Of a stretch of 64,000 nucleotides of DNA, positions 23,888 to 36,904 are shown piece by piece. Source of the stretch: Klebsormidium nitens (lineage: Eukaryota; Plantae; Klebsormidiophyceae); contig DF237219.1 in assembly GCA_000708835.1 (NCBI GenBank), positions 53,307 to 117,306 on the forward strand, read 5' to 3'. Within the stretch, counting starts at the first letter, position 1. Every line of letters starts with the position of its first letter. A program made the position numbers and the translations under genes. The notes below the pieces were generated by a model. The model did no database searches. It was not told where the DNA came from and worked only from the letters and a program-made list of their open reading frames with translations.

Positions 23888-26800
23888 TCACCGGCGGGTC
23901 GACTTGAAGTGGTGCCGCGTGGCCCGCTGTCCGAGCAGGTCCCCCCCGACGCTCCCCAGGCACAGCAGCGCGATGATCCACAGCGGCGGCTCGCGCGACG
24001 GCTTCCGCACTTCCCCCGCAGCCGCGGCCGCTCGCTCGCCCGCCGCGGCCGCTAGCTTGCTCGGCGTGGCCGGGTACTGCACCATGTCCACCGTCCAGAG
24101 GGCGACCTGGAAGGTGGATCCATCGGTGGCCAGCGCGCCGTCCACCAGCGCGCGCACGTCGGCGCGCAGCGGCTTCTTGAGCGTCCCGTTGCACATCACG
24201 CCGTCGCCGCGCTGCCGCGCCAGCACCGCCTGCGCGCGCGCGCGCCGCTCGGCGTTCTGCCCGGCCACGAATCCTCCGGGGATTGCGGGCTCGTCGTCGG
24301 GGAGTGCCTGGTAGAGCACCCCGATGACGGGAATGGTGACGTTGGTGAGGCGGTGGGACGGCAGCTGCGGGTCCTTGCGGCAGCGCTGCGTGTAGTTCTG
24401 GAGGGAGTCCGGGATGCACTCCACGAAGTGGCCCGCCGGGTGCTGGTCCACGCAAAACACCGGGTGGTCCAACTCCTGCATCGGCAGATACGCCGGTAAA
24501 AAGGACAGGTGAGGGTCAGCTTAAAGGGAAAGCGGAAGAGGCTGCCATCCAGAAGCCGAGAGAGCATACAAAGAAGAGGACTGTAGGACGTTCAGTCTCG
24601 TCATTCAGAATGGGTACACGGGTCTGTCATTCGCTCAAAAGACGGGAAGATTTCTCTTCCTTGCAATCCCTGGATTGAAAGGAAACCACCTACATGATCG
24701 GATTTTCGAACAACGACAAGGCTGGCGTTCTTTGAACAATAAAGATCAAGAATCCTGGAAACCAGATTGGAACTCGAAATGAAACTCGCTCAAACGATAC
24801 TTCTCCGCCAATTAGTCGGCACTGAAACCTTCACACGCTGTGCCGTTGCGAGTCAGAATTGACAGGATCGCACCCACACCCGTCTTGGCGGTGAGCGCAT
24901 TTACGAATCTGGACTCAGCGTCTACGTTATATAACCTTCCACGTCAGCGGCGGGCAGACTGCGGGGCACCGGCGGCTGACCTGCGTGCCGAGGAGGAGCA
25001 CGAAGTCCTCCCCGTCGTGGTGCGCCTTGACGAAGGCCCACTCGACGCCCTTGAACTGGTCCTCGTCCTCCGACCGGATGTTCCACGTCAACACCAAGTA
25101 GCCCTCGATCGCGTCCGGGAACTGCGGGGCAAGGTAGGCGGCGGGGTGCAGAGCAAGCAACGGGCAAGCGGCAAGAGAAATACTTTTGCGTTTAAGGATT
25201 TCAAGGAAGGCTCCGACTCGAACGCCTTGTTTGGGATCGATTGCAAGATTTCAGAGCTACAGATTCTTCCGAGCAAAGTGCCCATGTCAGCGTTGACTAG
25301 TAGGACTTTTCTGCGGTAGCAGACTGACTGACCTGCACTGTTTCTCCACAAAAAGTAGCAGGTTTCTTCGAAGTAGCTGTAACTGACGCACGTTGCCAGA
25401 TCCTTAGAAACGCGGATCAGGGAAAATCAAACGGAGGACTTCGTTTACATGAAAGGATTATTATCGTCGCAACGAACCGTTTCGATCTGAAACAGTCAAA
25501 GATAAAATTGTTGCCCAAAAGTCGATGTGGGACCGCAGTTTCAGAACGTCACCTACAAGGCAACGCATTGCCTCCGAAGACTGCAGTGTCCTAATGTCGC
25601 GAAGTCTAGTTGTTTGGAACAAGAGCACCCATCCTTCTAGCAGCCCTCATCAGTTTTGCATAAGAAGCTGGACAGGACGGAACCAAGACAAGGATTTCGA
25701 AAGTCGCAGAGGTCGAAAGGGAGCGATTCAAGGTAGCCTGGCGGCTCCGCGTCGTACCCGGTACCCGGGTGTGAGGATCTCGCTGTAGTCGTGGGAGTGG
25801 GGGCAGAAGCGGTCCTGGTAGAAGTTGAGGTCCAGCCCGCGCTTCCTGCACCGCACCACGGCAGCACGGCAGCCACTCAGAGGCGCGAGCACAGCTGGGC
25901 CGCCGGCTTTTCTCCGGCGCGATCTTTTTCCGAACGCCCGGCCGTTCGGTATGCCTTTCAATAAGATTGTCTTCCTTCCTTTGTTTACTTCTCCCAGCAT
26001 CTCAAGAAGAAACAGCCAGAGTAACGAAGAGCCGTTTCCGTAGAGTCAGTTGGGAGTGCAAACAGTGGAGGGGGAGGGCTGACCGGTGGTCGGGCGCCAG
26101 AACAACGACATCCGGCCCGTATACCTCGTTGGTGAGGCCCTGGGAGGACGACGAGTACTGCACAACAGCGACCAGAGACGGCGTCAGTGTGGCACACATG
26201 ATAGGAGCACCGCCCGTCACTCAGAGCTGCGGCAATGCAGATACGGTAAGCATTCAAAGGATCGTGAGTGCTCCAGATTTGAATAGAAGGAAGGCTGAGC
26301 ATAACGCTGATGACTGCTTGCATTGGCCCTTCAAGCATTATACCAGCGACCTGTTCAATGTCTTTGGTCAAGTTCTGGCGCCCCCCTGAACAGACCATCT
26401 TTGGTGCACGAGACCGCCGTTGCGGCGCGCGGGGCTGACCAGGCAGTCGTAGGGGTCCTCCCCCAGGTCGTTGCCCACCCCGAGCAGGTACGTCTGGTCC
26501 AGTGCCTCGCGGCCCAGCCGCGCGAAGCGGTGGTCCAGCAGCAGCCGCGCGCGACACACCGCGGCCGCCTCGCTCAACCCCGCGCCAACCTCCGCCAGCC
26601 CCGAGTCCGCAATCGCGGGAACAATGTCGCGCACCAGCTCCTTGAAGTACTGCACCGCGAGCAGGAACCCTTTCAGTCCGCGCTTTCTTCCGACGGGGAC
26701 CTAGAGCGAGGGCTTCGTGAAGCGGGCCTTCTCTTGCGGAGCGTTTGGGGCAGCCTCTCGTTCATGGCAAAGCAGCAAGGAGAGAGGGTCGTGAGCATGG

Positions 26801-27700
26801 ACTCCAAGATCTCGCCTTATAACACCGGCGCATTGTTCGCACCCCTGACCTCATTACCTGCAAACAGTATATCTCATTGTCTGATTCGATTCCAAGATTG
26901 CGAGTACTCTGCTCACATTTTCATTCGGGCAACACCTTTGTGGCGCATATGTTGCAGCGCTTGCTCCTGGCCACAGCGCGTTTGCGAAGTGTCTAAGCCG
27001 GAGGGGCATCTAAGAAAGGGAAGTGACCATAGTGAGCGAAGATCCGTAATGCTTCTGTGGTAGAGCTGGTGGCTCACCTTATATTGGGGCCAGGGCCCGT
27101 CCTCCGTGGTGGGCCAGTGCCCACGATCCCTGGACGCGGCGAGAGGGGGTCAGATCGGCGTAATGGTCACAAGGAAAGGCAGCGCAACGGCGCTCAGCTG
27201 ATCTGAGCCATCTCTGGAAGACTGGAAAAAAGATATCAGGGAGAAAATGATGATGTGCAGATCTCTATACCCTTAAGACATTCAGTGGGTGTGGAGAGCT
27301 GCCCCCACCAGGCGTAGACGAGGTAGGGCAGCGTGGCCGTCTGGTTGAGGAGGGCCATCTTGTAGACGGTGAAGAGCGCCGTCTCGTAGTACGCAAAGGG
27401 ATCCCCCAGCATGGCGCGCACCGCCTGCGTCAGGTTCATGCCCCGGCTGTTCCACAGGTCCGTCCCCGCATACGTGCGCTGCCGCACCCCCCGCGGCAGC
27501 CCAGTAAAGTGGGGGGGGCCCTTTCGGGCTTCCAGCTCCTCCACCATGGGGCGGAAGGTGGCGACGCCGGTGGGGGGGTCCAGGCAGCCGGCGGGGGAGA
27601 AGGTGGGGCCGGCGGGGCCGCTGCAGGCAGGGCGGGGCAAAGTGCCGGCCAGGCACGCAGCCAGAAGGAGACACCGGAAGAGGGCCCCCCGCAAAGCCAT
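23888..27700 (-). CDS. Uncharacterised secreted or membrane-anchored protein (about 7 exons)
   Basis: Signal peptide MALRGALFRCLLLAACLAGTLPRPAC. GC3-rich exons near 27700-27310, 27145-27075, 26650-26415, 26160-26085, 25850-25760, 25140-24945 and 24480-23888. Hydrophobic C-terminal stretch PLWIIALLCLG. Confidence 0.65.
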
Positions 27701-28509
27701 GGCAGATGCCGGCGCTGGGAATGCTGCGCCAAGTTCTGCCCCGCAAGTCAGATCAGGAGCAGAGAAGCGCCAAGATCTGAGGTTATGAGTCAGGCAAAGG
27801 AAGGAAATGCTGTCCGCCTCGAAGGTGCGTCAAGCACGGGCCTGCTGAGGGGTGAACTCTGCTTTCCTGTGCTTGGCAGGAGAAGCCTGCGTTGGGAGTT
27901 GCAGTTGCGCAGCCAGCTTCCCTTGCCGGTCGTTTACAGGAGGGCCATTCAGTCTGCATCAGCCACGACGTGTGCCCCAAATGCAGGGCACAGCTCACGG
28001 GATAAAGCTCGTGCTTCGTGTCTGCTCGAACTGCACGATTGAGAAGCTTCTGCATAGAAAGTAAAACAGCCTAGCGGGCATCTGCCGCTTTCCACACATG
28101 ACGAATCAAGCATCTGAGACAGAAGGTATCAAACAAATCAAATAGACGCTTCGAAGCAAACGGTTTTGCCGGAGGATATGACCTCGCACTTCACTCATAG
28201 ATGTCCAGCTAATAGTCGGCGTCCTACAATAGTAGCATATCACGATCCGGTCCACTTCAAGCATCAGCGGTGTCCTTTGTACGCGTTCGAAGTGTGCTGC
28301 TGAGACGGTCAGCCAGCACGGCTTAGGCCAGCTGGCGATCGGCCATCATTTGCACAGGCTTCGTATCCCCTTCTTCTTGGTTTACAAACCATCTGATAAT
28401 AGTGGTCAATTCTGCTTCTAAGTTCACAGTTTCCTAGGTTCGTATACTTCGCAAGTACTATTGGAGCACTTGTGGACATGTTGGACGGCATCGAGAAGTA
28501 CGTCATTGG

Positions 28510-29895
28510 ATGATAATTGATGCGGCTGTTGATAGAGCACCGTCGGCACTGTGCTCCAGCGGGGCCGCGGCGACCGCGCCCGGCCGCGCCGGCGGCCGCG
28601 GCTTGAGGGTCACGCGGCCGCGTCAAACTCCTGCTGGGGACAAGCCTGTATTACTATGGGTATCTCGTGCAGAGCCTGAGAAATCAGATGTCTGACAATC
28701 TTAGCGCATGGTCGCTCAAAAAGCTTTGAGGACCCAGCAGACGTGGCCTTTCCATTGTTCGTTGCAGGGTATTAAGTGGTTTATAAGTTTGTGGTGTCTG
28801 TGTAGTTTGAGCTTGAGCTGTGGCATCTGAAGGCACCTGGTAAGCGGAGCACGGTGCGCTGCCGGGTTTGAAAGCAGCATGGCACAACAAAGTGTGAAGC
28901 GAGATGGCAGCCATTCTCTCAACAAGGTGCTGCCTGAAGGCGCTGGAACCAGGATTAAGCAGGAGGCGCATGGTGCCTCTGGCACCTTCCCTTCGATGGC
29001 TGTCCAATCCAGCCGCTTGGAGGGGCAGCTGACAGGGGACGGGGCAAATCCAAGGAGTGGGAAGGCTGGATTTTCAGTCGAAGAAGGGAATGCGGGGAAA
29101 AGAGTGCATTGCCAAGCGTGGCTGCCTGAAGAGACGCACCCTGCGCCACCCCGGCTGGATGGGGGTGCCGCTTCGCCGCCTCCTGCTAGCCTGGACGAGG
29201 CCTTGCGGCCCCTCTTGCCAGAGTCTGCAAACCAGGTGCTTACAGGTTTTACAAAGGCGAATGCTTTGCTAAACAGTCAGCTTAGTCTGCTTTCAAACAC
29301 AGCCAAGGAAGTGCGGGCGCAGTACGATAGAGTGCGGTGGCAGGAGGTGCAGCAGGTAGACGCACAGGGGCTGGCCCGCCGCCTGTTCAACAGGCAGGCC
29401 AGGGAGGTGGTGCGCCTGGGGGAGCGCTGGAAACATGTGGACCTGTCTGGTACACATGAGGTGAGTGGCGCCCGATGTTGTCCTCCCCAATGCAGAAAGT
29501 GAAGCCGCCCATGGCTAGTTGCAAGCTTTGAGGCTGTGTTATTTGACTGGCCGGGCAAGATGTAGGCTTCCTTACTTTCACCACCACCCATCGGTGACAG
29601 CCACAAACTCTCTGTCCATCCCAAAGCTGGGAACTTTGAAAAGGCCAGCTTTTCTGTCCTTACTCTGTGTGTCTTACTGAGAAGCGGCCCCGTTCTGACC
29701 CTCTTGCAGCTGACCAGAAAGACTCGCCTGGACACAAGTCTCAGTGGAACGCCGCTCCGAGTGGAGCAGCTGAGCCTGAAGCTGCTGCACAACGGCACCA
29801 GTGGGAGCGCCACTACACGGCGGCAGCTAGCCGTCACTGGGGCCACAGACCTGAGGAGTCGCAGTAGACTGGCACTGGAAGGAACTGTCAGGTGA
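28510..29895 (+). CDS. Hypothetical protein (2-3 exons)
   Basis: 207-aa ORF 28879-29502 with a donor at about 29460 spliced to an exon from about 29710 to 29895. Possible Ala/Arg-rich first exon at 28510. No family recognised. Confidence 0.45.
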
Positions 29896-30117
29896 ACCAC
29901 AGGAGATGGCTACTCCCTTCAAAATTGTTTGGAGGTGGCTTCAGTGGAGGCTGCCCCGTCAACAACGCAACTGCAAGTGCATGAGTATGCTTTTTCCCCT
30001 TTCTAGTCTGGCATGATTGTGCAATAAAGTGAACGTCGAGGCCGCTGCGAAGATGCCAGGAAGTTTTCTGAATGTGGTTCTTCTAGCGAAACAGACCTGT
30101 GCTGGAAGGCGCTGCCT

Positions 30118-30990
30118 TCAACGTTGGGCTACAGTGATCTCACGTTGAAAGTTCGGGGTCTGAAGATCATTGCGCCACCGGGTGCGCTGCATGAAGTTGG
30201 AAACATGCTTCACGCTTGACTCAAGCTCTGCTTGCAGGTTGTGCACTTGCTGAGTAGGGAATAAGTTGAAGGGAGGCTCCCTTGTGTTATCAAATCTGCT
30301 TGACTCAGCTTCGTGTGCCTGTGCAGCAATGCATCGGACACCCACTCCTGCTCTACCATTTTGGCATCCGACAATCTGTCGTACTTATCCTGGGGAATTG
30401 CAAGTCAGCACCGGTGAGCCTGCGCCTCCGGGGTCGCCAAAGCATGGCATGCCTTTCCAGCTAGCGTGGATCGAGTGGCCAATACCCCATAACGATGCTT
30501 GTACTGCTCGTAAAGGCCTTTCAGCAAAAGCGTAAAGTAGAATCTTGAGCCAACGGCTCCTTGACATTGGCTGCCCCGCTGGCTGCCTCTCTGTGTCCAG
30601 GTTAAGCAAGAAGCTGACGCTGTTTGCCAGAGCCAGTGCGGACGACTTCCAAGGGAAAAAGCTCATACTGCAGGTAAAAGCCGTAACTGTCTGAAGGCGA
30701 GCGGTCTTTGCGACGAACTGCTGAATTCGAAACCTCTGAGCTGAAAGCCCCTGTCAGTCAGATCAACTGTGAACGCAGCATGCTTCAAAGCATCTGGACG
30801 TGAACCTTTCTGATTGGTGGCAATCAAGCGAGGGACTCCTCAAGCGGCAGCAAAGCTAGACCGCGCTCGTTATAGTACGTGGGAGTCCCCTAATTCCCTG
30901 TTTCTCGGCCTCTCTGCAGACTGTACATACTGTGAATCTGCGCGACTCGATCTCCCCTGTCGTCGCCATAGCACTGGGTCGTGCTGCCCA
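30118..30990 (-). CDS. Possible small hypothetical multi-exon gene
   Basis: Protein-like terminal exon QAELESSVKHVSNFMQRTRWRNDLQTPNFQREITVAQR* after an AG, and open frames at 30400-30660. The exon chain could not be resolved. Confidence 0.25.
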
Positions 30991-32275
30991 GGCGGGTATC
31001 GGCTGGACCCGCCAACTCAGCCATGACCGTGAGCGCCTGCCTCTGTTCTTGGGCTTTCTCCGAATGCGGAACAGGTCTGCTTTTGCAAAGGCATTTGCAC
31101 AAATTCATCGTTTTATGTTGAACTTTCCGCCTGCACTTTGCCCAAACTTCTCGACTCCTAATATGAAGGGTCGGAAGTCTCAGCGCGGGAAGCAATTCTT
31201 AAAACTGTCTCTTCTCGTCTAAAATAATATGCAGATCCATGCTGATTTCTACTTTTGCCGACCTTGCGTTGCAGCGAGCAAGCTAGACAATAAGATTACC
31301 CTCAAAGTACTGGCTTCCGGAAAAGGGGCTTATGCAGTCAATTTCGCATATAAGGGAACCGAGGGCTGACACTTTGACTACAACGCTGTGGCAGAGATTA
31401 AGCAAACGACCGACTTTCGTGTCCCGGACTCCGGACTGGAGAATGAGCAAACAACTCGACAATTCGAGACTGAGGCTACACATCGTTGGGCATAAGTATA
31501 TGCAACGGCCCTCGCGGTTCAGAATCTTCGATTCGTGCATGAAGTGATCTTGAAGAGGCATTATCGCTCCTCGTTGCTTAATGAGAGCTCAGGTGCCAAT
31601 GTCGATGCATGGCAATGGCTTGCATGCTGCGCGTCTCGGCATTTTGGTATCGGCACGTTCAAAAAGAACCTCATCAGTACGGTCATGACTGATGTTCCAT
31701 TTTTTGTGAAGACTTGAATGTGCACGCGCGTGCACATCAATTAGCCCTGAGCGCTCTATCAGTGACAACATTTATATCATTGCCTCAGATCAAGCTTCAT
31801 ATTGACACTGTCAGGCAAGTGCATGGGCGGGGCGCGAGACCAATGTGGCGGGCAGATAATTTCGAAGCGCTGATAAACTCAATTACAAGGCAACATCCCA
31901 GATGGTATGCTGTACAATTTGACCACTTTTACAAAAAATCGAACAGCTTTGATGATCATCGTTGTTGTCGATAATTCCTATTATCCTGCTGCATGGGAGG
32001 TCGATAGCTACCTGTGTGCGAATATGATCCTTGTGCCATGTTCGCATGACTTCCGTCGATATCCATGAATGGAGCCACCGGCTGCAACCAGAACACACGT
32101 GCTGCTTAGGGAACAGATGAGCAGCGACACGAAACGACCTTCGAAGTGCAGAAGCACATGCTAGACACTACATTGATCGGACTCTTGATAAATCTCAGTC
32201 TGCACCGTCAAAGGGGACACAGAATACTCGACCCTATAATCTAATCCTTGTAGCACGATCGCATGCTCGGAACCA

Positions 32276-35200
32276 TCAGTTGGAATAACCTGGTCGAGGA
32301 CCACTTACCTGAACTGCGGGGTATCCTTGAGGGGGGTAGCCCCCGGGCATCTGCTGGACAGCGCCGGGAGGGCCGTATGCAGGAGCGCCCCGGCCATACA
32401 CTACGGCCCCTGCATATGCCGGCTGGGCATATTGCTGGGGCGGAGCCGTGTAGTACTGGCCCGGGGCGGCATAAGCGGCTGGGACGGGGGCAGCATACAC
32501 AGGGGGAGGCGCCATGGGCCGGTGCCCATACTGCGGCGGGTGGTACGAAGGGGGGGGGTGCTGCTGCGCGGGGTGCTGCTGCTTGGGGGCCGGCTGCCCC
32601 TGGCGGGGGGGTGCGCGTGGGGCGGATGCTGGCCCTGCTGCGCGGCGGGCGCGGGGCGGTGGCGCGCATCGTCCTGCTGCTGGCGCGCCTGCTGCCGCCG
32701 CTTCTTGGTCTGGTACTCGTGGGAGGCCTCGTACTGCGGCAGCCTGCACGGGAAGCACAAAGCTCGGGGGGGAGACACACGGGCACGGCTGCACTCCGAC
32801 CTCCCTGCTGAATCTTGTCAAGAAAAGCAGCTGAAGCTGTCCGACTACCAACAGCAACACACGGCTTTCGAAAAGACGTCAAGTGGGCGACATTTGCAAT
32901 GAGCAAGATTCAGTGCGCAGGTGCTGCGGTGGCTCACTCTTTCGGATCGCATGGCAGGGGTGGGGTCCAGAAGAATTCGGCGTCCAGGGCTTCTGCGGCG
33001 GTGCCACGCTGCAAGCACGGCGAGAGTGGCAGGGGTCAGCGACAGGCAACAGCACAGGGGGCAGGGGAGCACGCACCGGGGAGAGGGGCCCGAAGCGGAC
33101 AAACGCAGTGCAGCAAAAGGCGGGGGCAACCGGGGCGCACCTTTTCGGGGTCCAGGGTTAAGAGGCGCTCCACCAGCTCTAGGGCGTCCGGACTGAAGCT
33201 GCGGGCAACGACAGCGAAAACAAGGTCAGGACCCAAGGGGGACCGCCTGGGCAAAGGAGGAGCCGTCACGTCCAGACACCTGTAGGAGCAGCAGGATACC
33301 AGCAAAAGAGGCGCCAAAGGTGAACAAAACAAAGCCTTACTTGAAACCCTCCGACGAATGGCACGGAAACCTTTTACTAGTGGATAACGAGTCCGCGCAC
33401 TTCCGCCCCTTGCCAGCGTACCCCATCACCTAGATGGACGCCTTTGAGAAGCAGTCCATGGATGCGAAGCAGCGGCACAGCGGGACTTACTTTCGGAAGG
33501 TGTGTCGCAGCTTCCTGGGGCGGCGCGGCACAGCGTCGGTCCACTGCTTGGCCCAGGGCAGCTCCAGGTAGCCGGGCCAGTTCTCCTCCGTGGGGGACCC
33601 GCACAGCTCCATGATGCGCTGGAACTGGTCCACCTGCACGCCGCAACCACACGCGACGGGTCACCACTACCCGTGCAGCCCGTCCAAAGCCCTCGAGGAC
33701 AAGACTTACCGCACAATGGCGGCAGCCTTCGATTAGCAAGAGGATTCCGGAATTGATGATCCTGCTTACTTGTTTCCAGAGTAACAAGTGGCCATCAGGC
33801 AGCCTGGCGTTGGCCCTGTGCTGCCAATTGGGCGGTAAGTTTTTTCTTACCTCGTTCTTGCCTGGCAGGATGGGCTTCCCATACAGCAGCTCCGCAAAGA
33901 TGCAACCAACGGACCACATGTCGATGGCTGGCCCGTATTTGGTGGCGCCCAATAGCAACTCAGGGGGCCTGCACACGCGCAGACACACAGCGCTGAAATG
34001 GCGACACAATACCCGGTCAGATCCCCCACAAGGGCGGTTGCTTTGAATCCTAGCAATAAAAGGTTTAAGCTTGATTAAAGGCCCCTTCACTATGGAAAAC
34101 TACAACGGGAGCTAATGCTTGACAGTGGAGACACGAGCTCAGAGAGTCTGAAGCAGGTCGGAGTAAACGGCCGGCAAGGAGGGCAGCTGTGATTGAGCCC
34201 TAACTTCAGATGGAGGCCGCAACAAGGATTGGGTGAGCGGCCCACCTGTACCAGAGGGTGATGACGCGGTTGGTGAGGGGGGCGGGGTTGTCCTTGTCGC
34301 TGCTGAAGTTGCGGGCCAGCCCGAAGTCGGCTAACTTCAAGATGCCCTCGTTGTTAATCAGCAGATTCGATCCTGGCGATCGAAACTTCAGTAGCATTAA
34401 GCACAAATCAGAAATGGCCGGAACTTCCTTTTCGCCAAGCTCCGGAAATGACAGCAAGTAGCATAGAACTACACAGGATCTGTGCAGATAGTCAGCACAA
34501 TCAGATACTCGACGAAGAGGGCAACATCACAGATTCTAACAAAGAACTCTTACCCTTAATATCACGATGCAGGACTTGGTTAGTGTGGCAGAAATGAAGG
34601 CCTGTTAATAGCTGTTTGAGGTAGCACTGCAAAAGAAGCAGGCAACAATAAAAGTGAGTCGACAAATGTTTCCTTCTCAAGCAGTTGCCCATGCCACCAT
34701 CAATGACAAAGTGAAACCCCTTCGAGTCCTGTCTCTCTTCCCACGAATTGTGCAGTTGCTTTTACGCCACCACAAATACGTGAGTACGGGTCTGATGCCA
34801 CAGAACGACTTGAGACCGAGCACACTGGGTGCAGGGACATCTCTCACTTGCCTTGATCTGAGGCAGGGCAAACTTGACGTCGTTGCGGTCAGTGAGGCCA
34901 GTGAGGTCATGGTCCATGTACTCAAAGACCATGTAGATGCTGCCCTTGGCCTTGTTCTGCTGCGCGCCAGAGTCTGGACCACAACAAACATGGAGTGAGT
35001 AAGATGGCAACCGCTTCAAAGCACACTGCTCACTCAGACCAAGATGGTAGCGTAGGTCACCGACAGCGATGAAAGAAAGTGAGGCCAGAACAAGTCTGTG
35101 GACTTACCTTTCTGAGTGACAATTTCTTTGAGCTTCACGATGTTATCGTCGTTCAGCTTCTTCAAAATCTTGATCTCTCGAATGGCTGTGATTGGGAACT

Positions 35201-35885
35201 GCAGGATTCAAAGGGCCTTGTAAGATTGCGGATACCGCACCAGTCACATGCCAGACCACGGACATAGCTGCAGAAAGACCAGCAAGGGGATGGGAGACAG
35301 CTACACCAGCCACGCTCATTCAGATCAAACCTGAGCTAAGGAGTAATAGTGCCGGTGACAATATGGGAGAAGCAAAACGTGCTCTGTGGCCTTACTTACC
35401 CCTTCTTTCTCGTTGTCCATCCGCACCTTTTTCAACGCCACTATCTCGCTGGTCTCATTGTCCCGGGCTTTGTACACTTGTCTGCAAAAAGCCCAGGTTA
35501 TGTCACAACATGGGCTAAGGAACCACTCAATGATGCAAAGCTTTTATGGACGACACTTCTCTGAAGCATGCTGCTTTTGAATCCCATGTCCAAGGGCATC
35601 CCCACTCCGCATGACAACGCAGAGTGGTGCTTGGCAGCCCCTGGAGTTCTGATGATTGCATCAAGGAACAACCTCTGGCTTGAATCCTATCTAAGTTTGT
35701 AGTTGCAGCTGTTCGCATCTGGAACCAGCGACTGTTTAACAAAATTTTGCCCGTGTCCTTTTGTAGGAAACTCACCCGTAGGTCCCTTCGCCAATTTGTT
35801 CCAGTTTTGTGAAGCAATCGCTGCTGCGCACCCCTTCGGAAGGGACCGCTTCCAGGTTCAGTTGGCCATCCTTGGCGAGCGCCAT
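32276..35885 (-). CDS. CDKC: Cyclin-dependent kinase C (CDK9-like, PITAIRE type)
   Basis: [108 protein letters not shown]. The tail is frameshifted as assembled (see findings). Confidence 0.95.
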
Positions 35886-36904
35886 GGTGCCCACAGCAGC
35901 CGGCCCTACAACCTAACAACACTGACCGCTAAAGAAGGTTGCTATCTGCAAATCCGTTTAGGTATTGCCGCCTCACCCCTTGCTTGCCGCCATGTTTTGA
36001 GGCTTGGCTGGAGCTTTGGTTGGCAGGCTCCCTAGGGCCTAGGCTAGGCAGTGTCAGGCAGTGTGGATTACCGGTATTTGGAACTTGCAATGTGCATACC
36101 GGGTCAACCGGGCCTGGTGGTTGTTGAACCTACCTATAAGGAATTAGAATAGGTACACCTCTTCACCTGGTTTGCGGAAGAAACGGCACCGCCATGTTGA
36201 GCGAATGCGTGGTGCGAATCTGCTGAGCTGGCCGGCCCTACCTTCCGTGACATACCGTACTACAATAGCTCGAGCTATTTTATTCAGAGTGCAAGTAAAC
36301 CGGCACGTCAGGTAATAAAAAGCCGGCTTGCAAGTTTCCTTTGCTTGGAGTATACTATTACCGTAATATTACGGTACTAGCACTACCGGCTACGCCCGGT
36401 ACATGGTGGCAAGCGCGCTTCTCTTCGCCTAGTTCAATTAAGGCGGTCTGCAAGGAGCTGCTCCTGACAGGGACATTGAATTTGCAGGATCTGATTCTCG
36501 GCAGCCTTGGAAGTCGGAAGTTTCTCAGAGCGAAGAGGCGGTCCACCACCAGCCCCAACAGCTCGCCAAGGGTGAAGGCTCAGAGGGAGTGAAGGATCCT
36601 TCTTTGCAAAGTTCTGGTCGTTGGTGCACCTGAAGTAGAACTCGAAGGTACAACAATTCCAATCTCGTAGAAGACTCGTAGGAACTCGACATTCTTCCTA
36701 CTCAATTGTCCGACTCGGACCCTGTTTAAACGGTGGCAGTAACCATTTGTAAAAAATACTATCACAAAGTTCTGATGCAAAAGTTTCGTCACCGCTGAGA
36801 GCAGGAAGCAATCAACTTGCAGGTGTGGGTCTGAGTGGGCTAGTACTTGTCTAACGATCGGCTTATTTTTTTCCCCTTCTTTTTCAACAAATACTCAGCC
36901 TAGC

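Noticed and set aside
31271-31495. 75-codon plus-strand frame with a single in-frame TGA (31367), considered as a selenoprotein exon
   Set aside because: No redox motif around the TGA, no identifiable SECIS and no linked exons. At most a decayed gene fragment.
36358-36792. Short minus-strand ORFs between CDKC and NDUFS6
   Set aside because: No recognisable domain or consistent splice chain; they lie in the presumed bidirectional promoter.
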